Source: Octopus sinensis
Taxonomy: Eukaryota
DNA length: 64,000 nt
Direction: 5' to 3'
NCBI RefSeq assembly: GCF_006345805.1
Contig: NC_043012.1
Location: forward strand, 52,762,001-52,826,000
Below are positions 13,112-25,640 of the stretch, one piece after another. Position 1 is the first letter of the stretch, and each line of letters begins with the position of its first letter. A program made the position numbers and the translations under genes. Below the pieces are notes generated by a model. The model was not told where the DNA came from, did no database searches, and saw only the letters and a program-made list of their open reading frames with translations.

Positions 13112-15529
13112 AGATGACAAAAAAAAAGAAAAAGAAAACATATCTATATTGATATGATATAATTCCTTGTAATATATTGTGGCAAACGTAAATGAACTTG
13201 ATTGAACTTTGAAATACAGATACATATTGTCTGTGAGGAGAATTTTTTCCGGAGGCTCTTTCGCAGCGACAGGTCTTCCCGTGTCCAAGTGTACAATATG
13301 ATTACCCTCGAAGATTTGTGGGGTTTTTTTTTATCCTACAATATGAGGTACCATCGTGCTAATATTTTTCCAAGGTACTTAAATCTGATCTAGTTAACAA
13401 CGCACTTCTCAAAATTTGATTTTCTCTTTCTAGTACATAACACTCACTTGATTATTAACTTTGATTTTACGTATTTTAAGATAAATTACAAGTGAACGGT
13501 ACCAAATTTAATTTAAATTGTGAAATACGTAGACGTAACGATCACTCTGTCAGAGATTAAAAAAAAAGCAAACAAGAAAATAATATATATTTTCAATTCT
13601 AGAAGTAAATTTCACATACATAGCCTCACTACCGCTTAAATATATAAGGTTTCTGTATCTAGATGTATAAAAAAAAGAAAGAAAATATATCTATATTCAG
13701 CTATTAGGAGACATAGCTTCGTATATAATTCCTTGCCACCCAATTATCAATCGCAGAAATTCTTTAGAAACTTCTACTTCTTGGAGTCTAATTCCTTTTT
13801 GAAATGGAATATTTGCTCTTGTAATATATTGTGGCAAACGTAAATGAACTTGATTGAACTTTGATTAATAAATTCCAACATCCATTGCATTTCAGAATAA
13901 CAGAATTGAGAAAGCTTGTGTAACAAGTTGATATATGTAATTAAAGCTATCTCTAAGTGAAAGCCCTCGGGTATTATAGTTTGAAAGATTAAAAAGTAAA
14001 AGAGAAAGAAAGAAAAGGAAAGAAACAAATAGTTCATTGACAAATAATTCATTGTATTTACTTAGTGAAAGACAACTGGAAGTTTGTCTTTCGCTAGAAC
14101 AGTGACGACTCGAAATAACTTCATAACGATTGTGACATTCCAATCAGACATTTTACAAGAAAATCAGAACGAAGTGAAAAATCACGTGGGCGCTTTCGAA
14201 TTAGCTTCGTAAGAGAAACGATAATGGCTTTAAGCAAGACTCGAAAACGAGTCGTATCTTGACCTTCCAGAAATTTACCACTTTCTCTATCGATTATTGC
14301 ACTTTTTAAGTGTGTTCCATTAGCATTTAGTAATGAGTTCAAGTCTAACTACGGAATAGCTATCTTTTTTAATGTACTCTACATTAAATATGTTAAAGCT
14401 AACTTAACTCTTATTTTTAGCAATGGTGGTGTCCCTCACTTATTCTCTAAACAATTGTATTTGCCTACTCCAACCATTATATGTCATCATAAATTTATTT
14501 GCTTAATAAATCACTCAACACTATTCAATAACTACGGAAAGATTACATTTCACTGACGAAGTCATAATAATACCGAAATATTTGAGAAAGTTGCAGTCCA
14601 TATTTGTTGTGGTAATGAAGATGATGATGATAATGATAACGATAAAGTTGATGATGATGATGTTGACAATGATGATGGCGACGATGATAGTGATGGTGGT
14701 AGCTGCGGTCGGTGATGGGGGTAATGGTAAGCATAGTCTTAATAGTAAAAGTAATGGTAATGATGATGATGGTGGGAGGTGATGTAGGGGTCTTGGTAGC
14801 GTGACGACGACAATGACGACGGTCATCATCAACATCATCATCGTCATTATCGTCGTCGTCGTCATGATCATCATCATTATCCTCTTCACTACTATAAGTT
14901 AACATCTTAATAGTATGTTAGTTACAAAATTCTTTCTAGAATGAAAAACAAAAGAGTAAAAAAATAAAATAAAATACTGAAAAGAAAAAAAAATCAGATA
15001 TAAAACAAAAATGAAATAAAATAAAATCAAATCAAAACTCAGAAAGACTACTGTTTAACTGCTTAAAGAATTATTATTACCATCACTGGTTTGAATTTGG
15101 CATCAAATTGCAAATAAATAATATTTCTACGAGGAATGCTGGGTAAATTTCAAAGCTAGATTGCACTGAATGGACTCTCTTCTTTTGATGTTTTCAACGT
15201 TCCAATGGAGGCACCGTGTGAAGAAACGAGAAACAGTCACCAGTTTCGTTCGCTGCCTCGCTACTTTAAATAACTGTTTGAGGAACACATGTAGTGTCCC
15301 GCGTGCTTCCAAATGGCTACAAACGATATTGACGCTATCAACACGGCAAGCATTTAGATTGGAAGGTGCAACTGCACGCAGCGTTGAAATATTTTATCTA
15401 TTCCATACTTATATACCAACCCATCCAAACCTTGCCTTGTACTAACCTATCCTAACCCTGGTCGTATACACAAAACATACATGTGCACGCACGTACATAC
15501 ACAAACAGACAAACACAAACGCGTATGGA

Positions 15530-15533
15530 TCTT

Positions 15534-15600
<67 letters not shown>

Positions 15601-15855
15601 TACTGTGCATGTGTGAATGTGTGTGTGTGTAACTATAAATATATACGCGTACACAAACGCATATATGTGTGGGTATCTGTGTGTGTGTATATAGACATAC
15701 ATATATACATATGTATATATACAAACTTAAATATAAAAATATGGTTCTGTGTTCATACAGAATTATGTCCTAACGAATACACACACACACATACACGTAT
15801 GTATATATATCTACAGACACATATATATTTACATATGTATATGTATATATACATA

Positions 15856-15888
<33 letters not shown>

Positions 15889-16162
15889 TTATATGTATAC
15901 ATATATATACGCACATATATATACATGCATATATATATATGAATATATATATTTACATATAAGTGTGTGTGTATGTATGTATGTATGTATGTATTTATAT
16001 ACATATATATGTACATATTCATATATGTATTTACACATATATATACATATATATATATATAAACATGGATATATAAATATATATGCATATATATACATAT
16101 ATATGTATGCATATGTATACATACATATATAAATATATATATATAAATAAACGTATATATAA

Positions 16163-16218
<56 letters not shown>

Positions 16219-16252
16219 GTATATATATATATATGTATATATATATACATAT

Positions 16253-16298
<46 letters not shown>

Positions 16299-16532
16299 AT
16301 CTATATATATATATATATATATAAGATATGTAGCCTGTGTATTGACCCTTATGGAATGTAAATTGAATGAAGCGGTCATTAGGTGCATAGGAAATAAGAT
16401 TTTTCTCCATCACTGTGATTATAGTATCTGAAAAGTTACTATTATAAGAGAAAATTATGAAAAAATTATCATCATCGCAGTCCATGTAATATCAACAATA
16501 ATAATGATGAAGATGATGTCACTAATAATAAC

Positions 16533-16609
<77 letters not shown>

Positions 16610-16912
16610 TAATAATAATAATGATAATAATCAGAATAGCTATCTTAGTTGGTGTCTTTAGAGTTACTGTTATCTGAAACTCTGTAAGTTGGCTGTTTGT
16701 GAGATAAGAAAAGTGTCCATTCTTCGGAGACATTGTCAGAAAGAAAGCTTGAGATATTTGAAATGAAAACGTTGAAAATAACATCAACAGCAGCAACAGC
16801 AGCAGCAGGAACAGCAGCAAAATCTGTAACGGTATCACAATAACAAGGGCCACCACGACAACGACGACTACCACCACCAACACTACTGCTACTGCCGCAG
16901 CTGTTACTGCTA

Positions 16913-16944
<32 letters not shown>

Positions 16945-17159
16945 ACTGCTGCTGCTACTACTACTACTACTACTACTACTAATACTAATACTACTAGAGC
17001 CAGTGAGTAGCCTTTATGTCAAGAAGTGGGGATTTCTAAGGTTTCGTGGGAGAATTTGGAGCTCATATGCAATAAAGCGGAATGTCCTGTAGGTTATGTT
17101 CAATATGTGGAAATACAGCAGCAATGACAACCAGAACACGAAAATTAACCACCACAACC

Positions 17160-17194
<35 letters not shown>

Positions 17195-17200
17195 ACGCGA
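15530..17200. repeat. (GATA)n/(TA)n/(AAT)n/(CTA)n low-complexity block
   Basis: Direct inspection; (AAT)n at ~16520-16630. Confidence 0.95.
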
Positions 17201-17631
17201 CAGGGTTTCAAGGAAGACCAATACGAAATAAAGTGGGATGTCTCCAAGATTATGTACAATATATAGAATTACAGTTTGTTTATTTTTAATTTGACTAATG
17301 ATCTTCAGTAAGGTTTACTGAATGTTACAGATTCAGTTGAAAATATAGATAAATATTTCACTTTATTGTCTGTAATATTCCAGACTTTAGTTATATTTAT
17401 CGCTGACTTATCTTTTATTCACAGTGTTCTGAACCCATTGCAGTGTGTCGAACAAAGATGGTATGATGTTTCGTATATTTAAAATAGATTCGTAACTATT
17501 ATGATGAAAAGAGAAGAAAGGCGACAATTAGTTATTTGTATCAAAGCTTTCTCAAATGACTCTATGAACCAACTCATTTAAAGTAAATGCTAAAACTTCA
17601 CTAGTCTGAGAGGGAGAAGGAGCGAGTCGTT

Positions 17632-17939
17632 CGGTTTTTTTTCCCCTTTTCGAGCCATGCCTGGCTCATAAGGGCCGGTTTCCCGGTTTTCGTGGCGTAT
17701 AGGTTCCCCATCTGGACGGGACGCCGGTTCGTCGCAGGTGAGCTTCAAGATGCAGGAGAAAAGAGTGAGAGGAAGTTGTGGCGAAAGAGTCAGCAGAAGT
17801 TCGCCATTACCTTCTGCCGGAGCCGCGTGGAGCTTAGGTGTTTCGCTCATAAACACACACATCGCTCGGTCTGAGATTCGAACCTGCGATCCCTCAACCG
17901 CGAGTCCGGTGCTCTAGCCACTAGGCCATGTGCCTCCAC
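17632..17939 (-). mobile_element. SINE-C
   Basis: Close match to 2009-2313. Confidence 0.85.
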
Positions 17940-18164
17940 GTTCGTTTTTGTAAATGGCCTTTAAAAAGTTACCAAGGTTAACGCTGCAGTTTATTGTCAA
18001 GGATCAGCCCGCATATATTAAGAAGACTTTCTCATTTATGGAGGTTGCTACAAGATTTAATAATAGAAACATATAACTGTTCTTTGCCAGCACTTCTTTC
18101 TCCCTTTCCTGTTATATATATATATATATATATATAGATATATATATTATATATATATATATAA

Positions 18165-18240
<76 letters not shown>

Positions 18241-18397
18241 TTGAGTAGTTGAATGAATTATCTTATTAAGGATAATTCGATTTAACCGATACCTGGGTAG
18301 CAAATTCACATTAGAAAAAACACGGTTGAAGTTACGTGCCTAGGGCATAGATTACGTGCTTTCGTGTGGAAATTTGTATGTTTATTTTAAAAATGTA

Positions 18398-18695
18398 AAT
18401 ATATGAAAGAATGCAGCTGAACGACGAATTAGCAAAATTCCTTTATTTCGACATATGTTTCGAAGGCTGCATATTCCTAATTGCGAAGGAATAAGGAGTA
18501 CATTATGCCGCTTTCTCATCCGGAAAAGCAAGGAACTTATGTCAACATCAAAATGCACAAAAAACTTTTCGATGATGAGAAAGCGGCATAATGTACTCCT
18601 TATTCCTTCGCAATTAGGAATATGCAGCCTTCGAAACATGTCGAAAATAAAGGAATTTTGTTAATTCGTCGTTCAGCTCCATTCTTTCATATATT

Positions 18696-18696
<1 letters not shown>
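18398..18696. repeat. Near-perfect inverted repeat with ~125-bp arms, each a hammerhead-like cassette
   Basis: The arms give the same peptide start on both strands in the ORF track (MFRRLHIPNCEGIRSTLCRFLI). Each arm reads UUUC-core-long stem II-GAAAC..GUC-GAAA. Confidence 0.85.
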
Positions 18697-18789
<93 letters not shown>

Positions 18790-19043
18790 GTGTGTGTATG
18801 TATATATATATATATGTGTATATATATATATATATATATACTAATAAAAGGGTTCAGAAAAGATTTGCTTCACCACACACCGAAGTTTAGAAGTAGCAGC
18901 CAAAAATCTTAGCTATTTATTAGTATTACTTAAGTAATATTGTTATTGTGATATATACCGTGAAATGGTCCTTTTTTCATACCGAATTCTACTTGGTGAA
19001 ATTATTGATTACTTCTTAATTAATTAATTTTACCCTTTGTTAT

Positions 19044-19086
<43 letters not shown>

Positions 19087-19126
19087 GGGGAGAAATGTAT
19101 ATATAAAAATAATTTATATGTGTTTG

Positions 19127-19163
<37 letters not shown>

Positions 19164-19167
19164 ATGA

Positions 19168-19226
<59 letters not shown>

Positions 19227-19228
<2 letters not shown>

Positions 19229-19560
19229 GGCGCATGGCTCAGTAGTTAGAGCGTCGAGCTTACGATCGTGAGGTTGTGAGCTCGAATCCCGGACCGGGCT
19301 GCGTGTTGTGTTCTTGAGCAAGACACTTTATTTCACGTTGCTCCCGTTCACTCAGCTGTAGAAATGAGTTGCGACGTCACGGGTGCCAAGCTGTATCGGC
19401 CCTTGCTTTTCCCTTGGATAACACTGGTGGCGTGGAGAGGGGAGGCCGGTATGCATGGGCGACTGCTGGTCTTGCATAAACAACCTTGTCCGAACTTGTG
19501 TCTGGGAGGGTAACTTTCTAGGTACAATCCCATGGTCAGTGTCGTGACCGAAGGGGGTCC
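19227..19560 (+). mobile_element. tRNA-derived SINE with CTTGAGCAAGACACTTTATTTCACGTTGCTCC central domain
   Basis: A and B boxes; central domain shared with the 20161 and 9940 copies. Confidence 0.75.
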
Positions 19561-20160
19561 CGGATTCCCGGATATATATATATATATATACACACATACA
19601 TATATGCGTATGTCTATATACGACATGCTTCTTTCTGTCTGCAAGATCTACTCCCAAGGCTTTGGTCAGCCCGGGCCCTAGTAGAAGCGACTTGCCGAAA
19701 ATGGTACACAGTGGGATTGAACCCGGAACCATGCAGTTGGGGAGCAAACTTCTTGCCCACATCACACGGATGCTTTTAAAATGTTCATCTTTAACGTAAG
19801 GACAATGACAAGAAATATTTTTCTTTTTTTCCTTTTCTTTATTTTAAACGCCATGAGAATGTTCTCGAAAAGAAGAAGAAAGTTTGGGGGATGAGAAACA
19901 CTTCACGTTATAAACCAAAACCTTATTGAAACTTATAACACTAGACGATACTTTTAAAAATCGCATACAACTGAGGAAACTTGGATCAAATCTTTTGCCT
20001 TCAAATGGATGGAAATTGTGTAAGGAAGTGTTGTGAAAACTTGAAGTAATTTCTTCATCAAACTGTATTGTTCAAAGGAAGATAAGCGCCTTGACTTTTG
20101 ACATTAAGGATCACGTTGTACAGGAGATGAAGTCTGAAACATTTGGCCTATTTGCAATTC

Positions 20161-20420
20161 GTGGAGGCGCGTGGCTTAGTGGTTAGGGTGTCAGCGTCAT
20201 GATCGTAAGATTGTGGTTTCGATTCCTGGATCGGGCGACGCGTTGTGTTCTTGTGCAAAACACTTCATTTCACGTTGCTCCAGTCCACTCAGCTGGCAAA
20301 AATGAGTAACGCTGTGATGGACTGGCGTCTTGTCCACCTGGGGAACACATACGCCGTTGAAACCGGGAAACCGGGCCCATGTGCCTGGCTAGGCTTTAAA
20401 AGAGCACATTTATTTTATTC
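20161..20420 (+). mobile_element. tRNA-derived SINE inserted in the fossil hAT
   Basis: GGAGGCGCGTGGCTTAGTGGTTAGGG...GGTTTCGATTCC; flanking CAATTC is repeated. Confidence 0.75.
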
Positions 20421-21004
20421 ATTATTTTCAATTCAGTTTTATCGATTTATGAGGCATCATCTTTCCGGTTGATAGTATTTGCATATTTTCACTCAGCTTC
20501 TTTTACATTGGATTATCTCATTTATTCTCCTTTTGAAACAACAACCAAATCCTCGGATATTTTAGAGAAATTTCGTCTTTAACGAAAGTACAACATTTTT
20601 TGTGATCTAATGTGAGTATACAGATGGAGCACCAATTATGATGGGAACAAAATGTGGAATTCAAGGTCGTGTTGAAAACACGAGCCCAAGAAGAGAAAGT
20701 AAAATAAAATACACAAGATAATAAAAGTTCGATGACTTTCATGTAATTTAACGATTATTATTTGAGCTTAGAGATTAGCTCGAATTACTTTTTGAAGTCA
20801 TGATATGATGGAATATTTTGCCTGACTGAATGGATCATGCACTTCGCCTATTTAGTTGGTGTTTTTTGAGAAGCTAAAGAAATAGAATCTTCAAATGCAA
20901 AGCAGGAACACACATCGGAAATGCTATTTATTCCTTGAGCACTTTTATATGCGGATTGGAAAAATCGAAGAGAAAGATTGAAAATATTGTGACATTTCTT
21001 TTAT

Positions 21005-21435
21005 GTCTTATCTTTTACTTGTTTCACGCATTAGACTACGCCCATGCTGGGGCACCACCTTAAAGAATGTTCAGTCAAATGTATCGACCCCAAGGTCTGA
21101 TGCCATCAATGTCTTTTGCCAAACCGCTAAGTTACGGGGATGAAATTACACCAACACTGATTGTCAAACGTTGTGGTGTATGTCTGTGTGTATGTCTGTG
21201 TGTATGTCTGCGTGTGTGTGCTTGTGTATGTGTATGTGTGTGTGTGTGTGTGTGCGTGTGTATGCATATACATATGTAAGACGAGCTTCTTTCAGTTTCC
21301 GTCTACCAAATCCACTCACAAGGCTTTGGTCGGTCCGGGGCTATAGTAGAGGACACTTGCCCAAGGTGCAACGCAATGGGACTGAACCCCGAATCGTGTG
21401 GTTGGAAAGCAAGCTTCTTACCTCACAGCCACACC
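21005..21435 (-). mobile_element. SINE-A inserted in the fossil hAT
   Basis: Family match. Confidence 0.75.
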
Positions 21436-22774
21436 TTTAAAAAAAAACAAGCTGACATCAGCTCTTGTTGCGGGTAGTAGAGCCTACATGCTTGAAGAAT
21501 TTTACCCACAACAAATGAGAAAAAAAATATCCAGCATTTGATAGCAGGAGAAAATGAATTTGGTCGATATCTTCCTGAACTCAACGGTGAAAAGTTGGAT
21601 TTAGCTAGAAATCCATTAAGTTGTCAGTTGGGAAGTTCCTGATGATTGTCAAGATGCACTTCTAAAGCTGGAGAACATTTTAAGAGCAAGAAATATAGTC
21701 GATGAAAAATCAATCAATAGTTTGACTGTTGATGTGTGGTTCCTACCCAAAAGTGGCGGAAAGAGCAATACACGATTTGCTTCAATTTCTGTCAATATGT
21801 CACTGTGATTCAAGCTTTTCAACGGCATGGCTAGTGAAAGCAAATTCATAAAATAGACTGCGTTATGGCCTTTCAAGCACTCCTCAGCACATTTTCTTCT
21901 GTATAAAATTAAGCACAGTACCCTGGTATTTTGTTGAGGTTTTGCTTATTGAAGTATGTTTCAGTAATTATGCCAAGTAATCTATATATTATTCTGCAAA
22001 AGTTTACGCATGCAACGCTTTGAACAGACAATTTCTTAGTTATAGAACTTTTATATTATTCAAAAGGTCATTGACTGATAAAGCAAAAAAAGATAGAAGA
22101 CATCTATTTTCGATACAACATTGATATTATTTAAATTATTCAGAAGACTATTCAGTGGTAAATATTTTAAAACTAACTGTGATACAGGTCTTACTGACGT
22201 GTATGTACATACATACATACATACATACATACATACATCATTTTAGAATCCACAGCACTGTGCAGTAACTATGATACTTCGTCCACTGGGATTGTGGACT
22301 CATGTCCAACTATGTATTGCTTTTTCTGACAATAAGGATGTAGTACATCGCATTTACGAATTATAAAATATAACAAGATGGTTATCCCACAGCAGAAAAA
22401 AATTATAGATAGATAATTAAATTATTTTACTATGGCACAACTATGTTAATGACGTATAAACAAATCATAATGCGCTGTGCGACATGTTTTATTTTTTCGA
22501 CATAGGATTAAATTTGACAATATAGTTACGGTGGAAAGGCAAAGAAAAGCAGCGAGAAAACGGATTAGAAGATACAGCGGAATAGTAAATGAAGGAGGGA
22601 GATTTCAAATATATCATAAATTCTAAGACGTTCTAAGTTCAACAAATGAAAGAAGCTGGCTGAAACAAAACAAAAATTATCGAAAGAAAATAATATTTAG
22701 AAAAGAAAGAAGACAAAGAAACACAAACAGAATCCTCAAAAATAATTATCTAAATGTAATTAACGGATTTAATA

Positions 22775-23535
22775 TTCTTTTCTACTCTAGGCACAGAGCC
22801 TGAAATTTTAAAGGGAGGGGGCCAGTCGATTACATCGACCCCCAGAACGCAACTGGTTCTTAATTTATCGACCCCGAAAGGATGAAAGGCAAAGTCGACC
22901 TCGGCGGAATTTGAACTCAGAACGTAAAGACAGACAAAATACCTATTTCTTTACTACCCACATGGGGCCAAACACAGAGAGGACAAACAAGGACAGACAT
23001 AGGTATTAAGTCGATTACATCGACCACAGTGCGTAACTGGTACTTAATTTATCGACCCCGAAAGGACGAAAGGCAAAGTTGACCTCGGCGGAATTTGAAC
23101 TCAGAACGTAACGGCAGACGAAATACCTATTTCTTTACTACCCACAAGGGGCTAAACACAGAGAGGACAAACAAGGACAGACAAAGGGATTAAGTTGATT
23201 ACATCGACCACAGTGCGTAACTGGTACTTATTTAATCGACCCTGAAAGGATGAAAGGCAAAGTCGACCTCGGCGGAATTTGAACTCGGAACGTAGCGGCA
23301 GATTAAATACCTATTTTTTTATCACCCACAAGGGGCTAAACACAGAGAAGACAAACAAGGACAGACAAAGGGATTAAGTCGATTATATCGACCCCAGTGC
23401 GTAACTGGTACTTAATTTATCGACCCCGAAATGATGAAAGGCAAAGTCGACCTCAGCTGAATTTGAACTCAGAACGCAGCGGCAGACGAAATACCGCTAA
23501 GCATTTTTCCCAGCTTGCTAATGTTTCTCTCAGCT
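22775..23535 (-). mobile_element. SINE-B with internal ~184-bp tandem array
   Basis: Tail junction ACCTAT at 22941, 23125 and 23309 (period 184). Confidence 0.85.
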
Positions 23536-23559
23536 CGCCGCCTTATATCAGATTTAATA

Positions 23560-24300
23560 TTGTCCCTATGAATACATCATGCTCTCACTGTAAAGTAGTT
23601 TGCTTCAGGGACGAATTACACATTTTATTCAAAAATGGAAAAGTGGACATCGTGTCACTGCAGTTTTAACCACAAGTTCTTCATACTTTTCTTGGAGGAG
23701 ACACTAGTAAAAACATTAATTTCAGAAACAGTATTTGCAGTTACAATACAGCATTCTTGATTAAGTCAATTTGTGCAAAATATTCGGAAATCTCAAGGAA
23801 AAGATACCAATTGTTTTAAAATGCGAAGTCAAATGTATCAGTACACAATAAGCCTTCATCCACAAAATGAACAAGCAACCGAGAGAATTCAGGCAGATGA
23901 TACACATCTAATCGCATGATTCTAACTTGACAATGAAGATCCCAACGCACACTGTTATCAGTAGCCTTATATCCCTATTCATTATGTCTTCGTGAAAAAT
24001 AAAGACGCAGAGGATCTTACAGTTGTCTGTGAAATGTAAATAGTATCAGAAATTCAGAGAAATTTCATACAACTTCTACGAGTTCACGTTCCCGGTGCTA
24101 TAAATTTTGAATATTTAAAATCAGTTAATGGAATTCTCGGAAATACAATCAAAGATGCTTGCATGATGCGTTATCTATTAAGCAATGATGCTGACTGTAT
24201 TAATGCACTGAGGCATCTGTGTTTCAAGTGCTTCGACAGTTGTTTGCAGTATTTGCACAGTATTTGCAACAATAAGTGCTTATTGTCAACCAACCAATGC
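23560..24300 (+). pseudogene. Fossil Helitron Rep/helicase fragments
   Basis: Hand translation gives CSHCKVVCF...KNGKV; FRNSICSYNTAF; CFKMRSQMYQYTISLHP; LLRVHVPGAINFEYLKSVNGILGNTIKDAC; LRQLFA, all resembling conserved Helitron segments. Confidence 0.75.
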
Positions 24301-24475
24301 ACTCCAGCACTGCGAAATGTATAGACATGCAATGATCGAAAATTACTAAGAACAGGATCACGAGAGATTGGAAAATGAAGTTTCGCATTTAATCAATATT
24401 GTTCTCGTTGAAAATGGAAAGAGTTGTTCAAAAGTTGATTTATCTGAAATATCTGGAAATGTAAACGTAACCGAA

Positions 24476-24640
24476 GGATCTTTTCGGTTTGAACGGCAGT
24501 TTTTTAAAATAATTTCCACGTAACTAAACACTTTTAAACTTCGTATACTGGTAGAATGTGTTTATAAAACATCGTTTTCTCTTGGCTTTATTGAGAAAAT
24601 TCTGTAGTTTGTAAGATATTTTTGTTGTTTTTTCTTCAAT
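24476..24640. mobile_element. Truncated copy of the same MITE
   Basis: One TIR GGATCTTTTCGGTTTGAACGGCAG plus ~135 bp of interior, ending in (TA)n. Confidence 0.8.
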
Positions 24641-24673
<33 letters not shown>

Positions 24674-24692
24674 TATATATATTATATATATA

Positions 24693-24725
<33 letters not shown>

Positions 24726-24814
24726 CATACTTATACATACGTATATGTGTCTGTGTGTGTACGTGCTCATATCACATATGAAATCAGAAACAGAACTATT
24801 TCTCTATACCAATT

Positions 24815-25640
24815 CAGTAATATTGGTTTCAAATTTTGGTACAAGGCCTGAAAGACCGAGGTGGTGGTAAGTCAATTACATTGCCCCCAGTATTTGAATG
24901 ATACTTATTTTATCGACCCTAAAATGATGAAATCAAAGTCGATCTCGGCGGAATTTGAACTGAGAACATAAAAACGGACGAAATGCCGCTAAGCAATTTG
25001 TCCGGTTTGCTAACGATTCTTATTTCTTATTTCTTTATTGCCCACAAGGGGCTAAACATAGAGGGGACAAACAAGGACGGACAAAGGGATTAAGTCGATT
25101 ACATCGACCCCAGTGCGTAAGTGATACTTAATTTATCGACCCCGAAAGGATGAAAGGCAAAGTCGACCTCGGTGGAATTTGAACTCAGAATGTAACGGCA
25201 GAAGAAATACCTATTTATTTACTACCCACAAGGAGCTAAACACAGAGAGGACAAACAAGGACAGACAAACGGATTACGTCGATTGTATCGACCCCCAGTG
25301 CGTAACTGGTAATTATTTAATCGACCCTAAAAGGTCAACCTCGGCGGAATTTGAATTCAGAACGTAGCGGCAGACGAAATACCTATTTCTTTACTACCTA
25401 CAAGGGGCTAAATACTTTACTACCTACAAGGGGCTATATACAGAGAGGACAAACAAGGACAGACAAACGGATTAAGTCGATTGTATCGACCCCAGCGCGT
25501 AACTGGTAATTATTTAATCGACTCTAAAAGGATGAAATCAAAGTCGACCTCGGCGGAATTTGAACTCAGAACGTAGCGGCAGACGAAATACCGCTAAGCA
25601 TTTCGCCCGGTGTGCTAACGATTCTACCAGCTCACCGCCT
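24815..25640 (-). mobile_element. SINE-B array
   Basis: Three tails; one joins at AGAATCGTTAGC of a second SINE-B head (~25010-25020). Confidence 0.8.

Larger units (their letters stand above)
19930..21900 (+). pseudogene. Fossil hAT (Charlie/Buster, ZBED5/8-like) transposase, interrupted by two SINEs
   Basis: Hand translation gives in-order fragments: KSHTTEETWIK; SNCIVQRKISALTFDIKDHVVQEMKSETFGLFAI; LIVFAYFHSASF...SPFETTTKSSDILEK; YTDGAPIMMGTKCGIQGRV; EWIMHFAYLVGVF; FGRYLPELNGEKLDLARNP; VPDDCQDALL; LMCGSYPKVAERAIHDLLQFLSICHCDSSFST. Confidence 0.8.

Noticed and set aside
14121-14342. 73-aa minus-strand ORF as a host exon
   Set aside because: No recognisable motif and only weak splice signals.
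22775-23535. Regularly spaced repeats resembling a CRISPR array
   Set aside because: The whole 184-bp unit repeats with no unique spacers; the sequence is eukaryotic SINE-derived and there are no cas genes.
23397-23669. Recurrent ORF family MRNWYLIYRPRKDERQSRPRRNLNSER... (also 29709, 41542, 43299, 48322, 58635)
   Set aside because: It is the antisense reading of the SINE-B body; the recurrence reflects the repeat, not a protein family.
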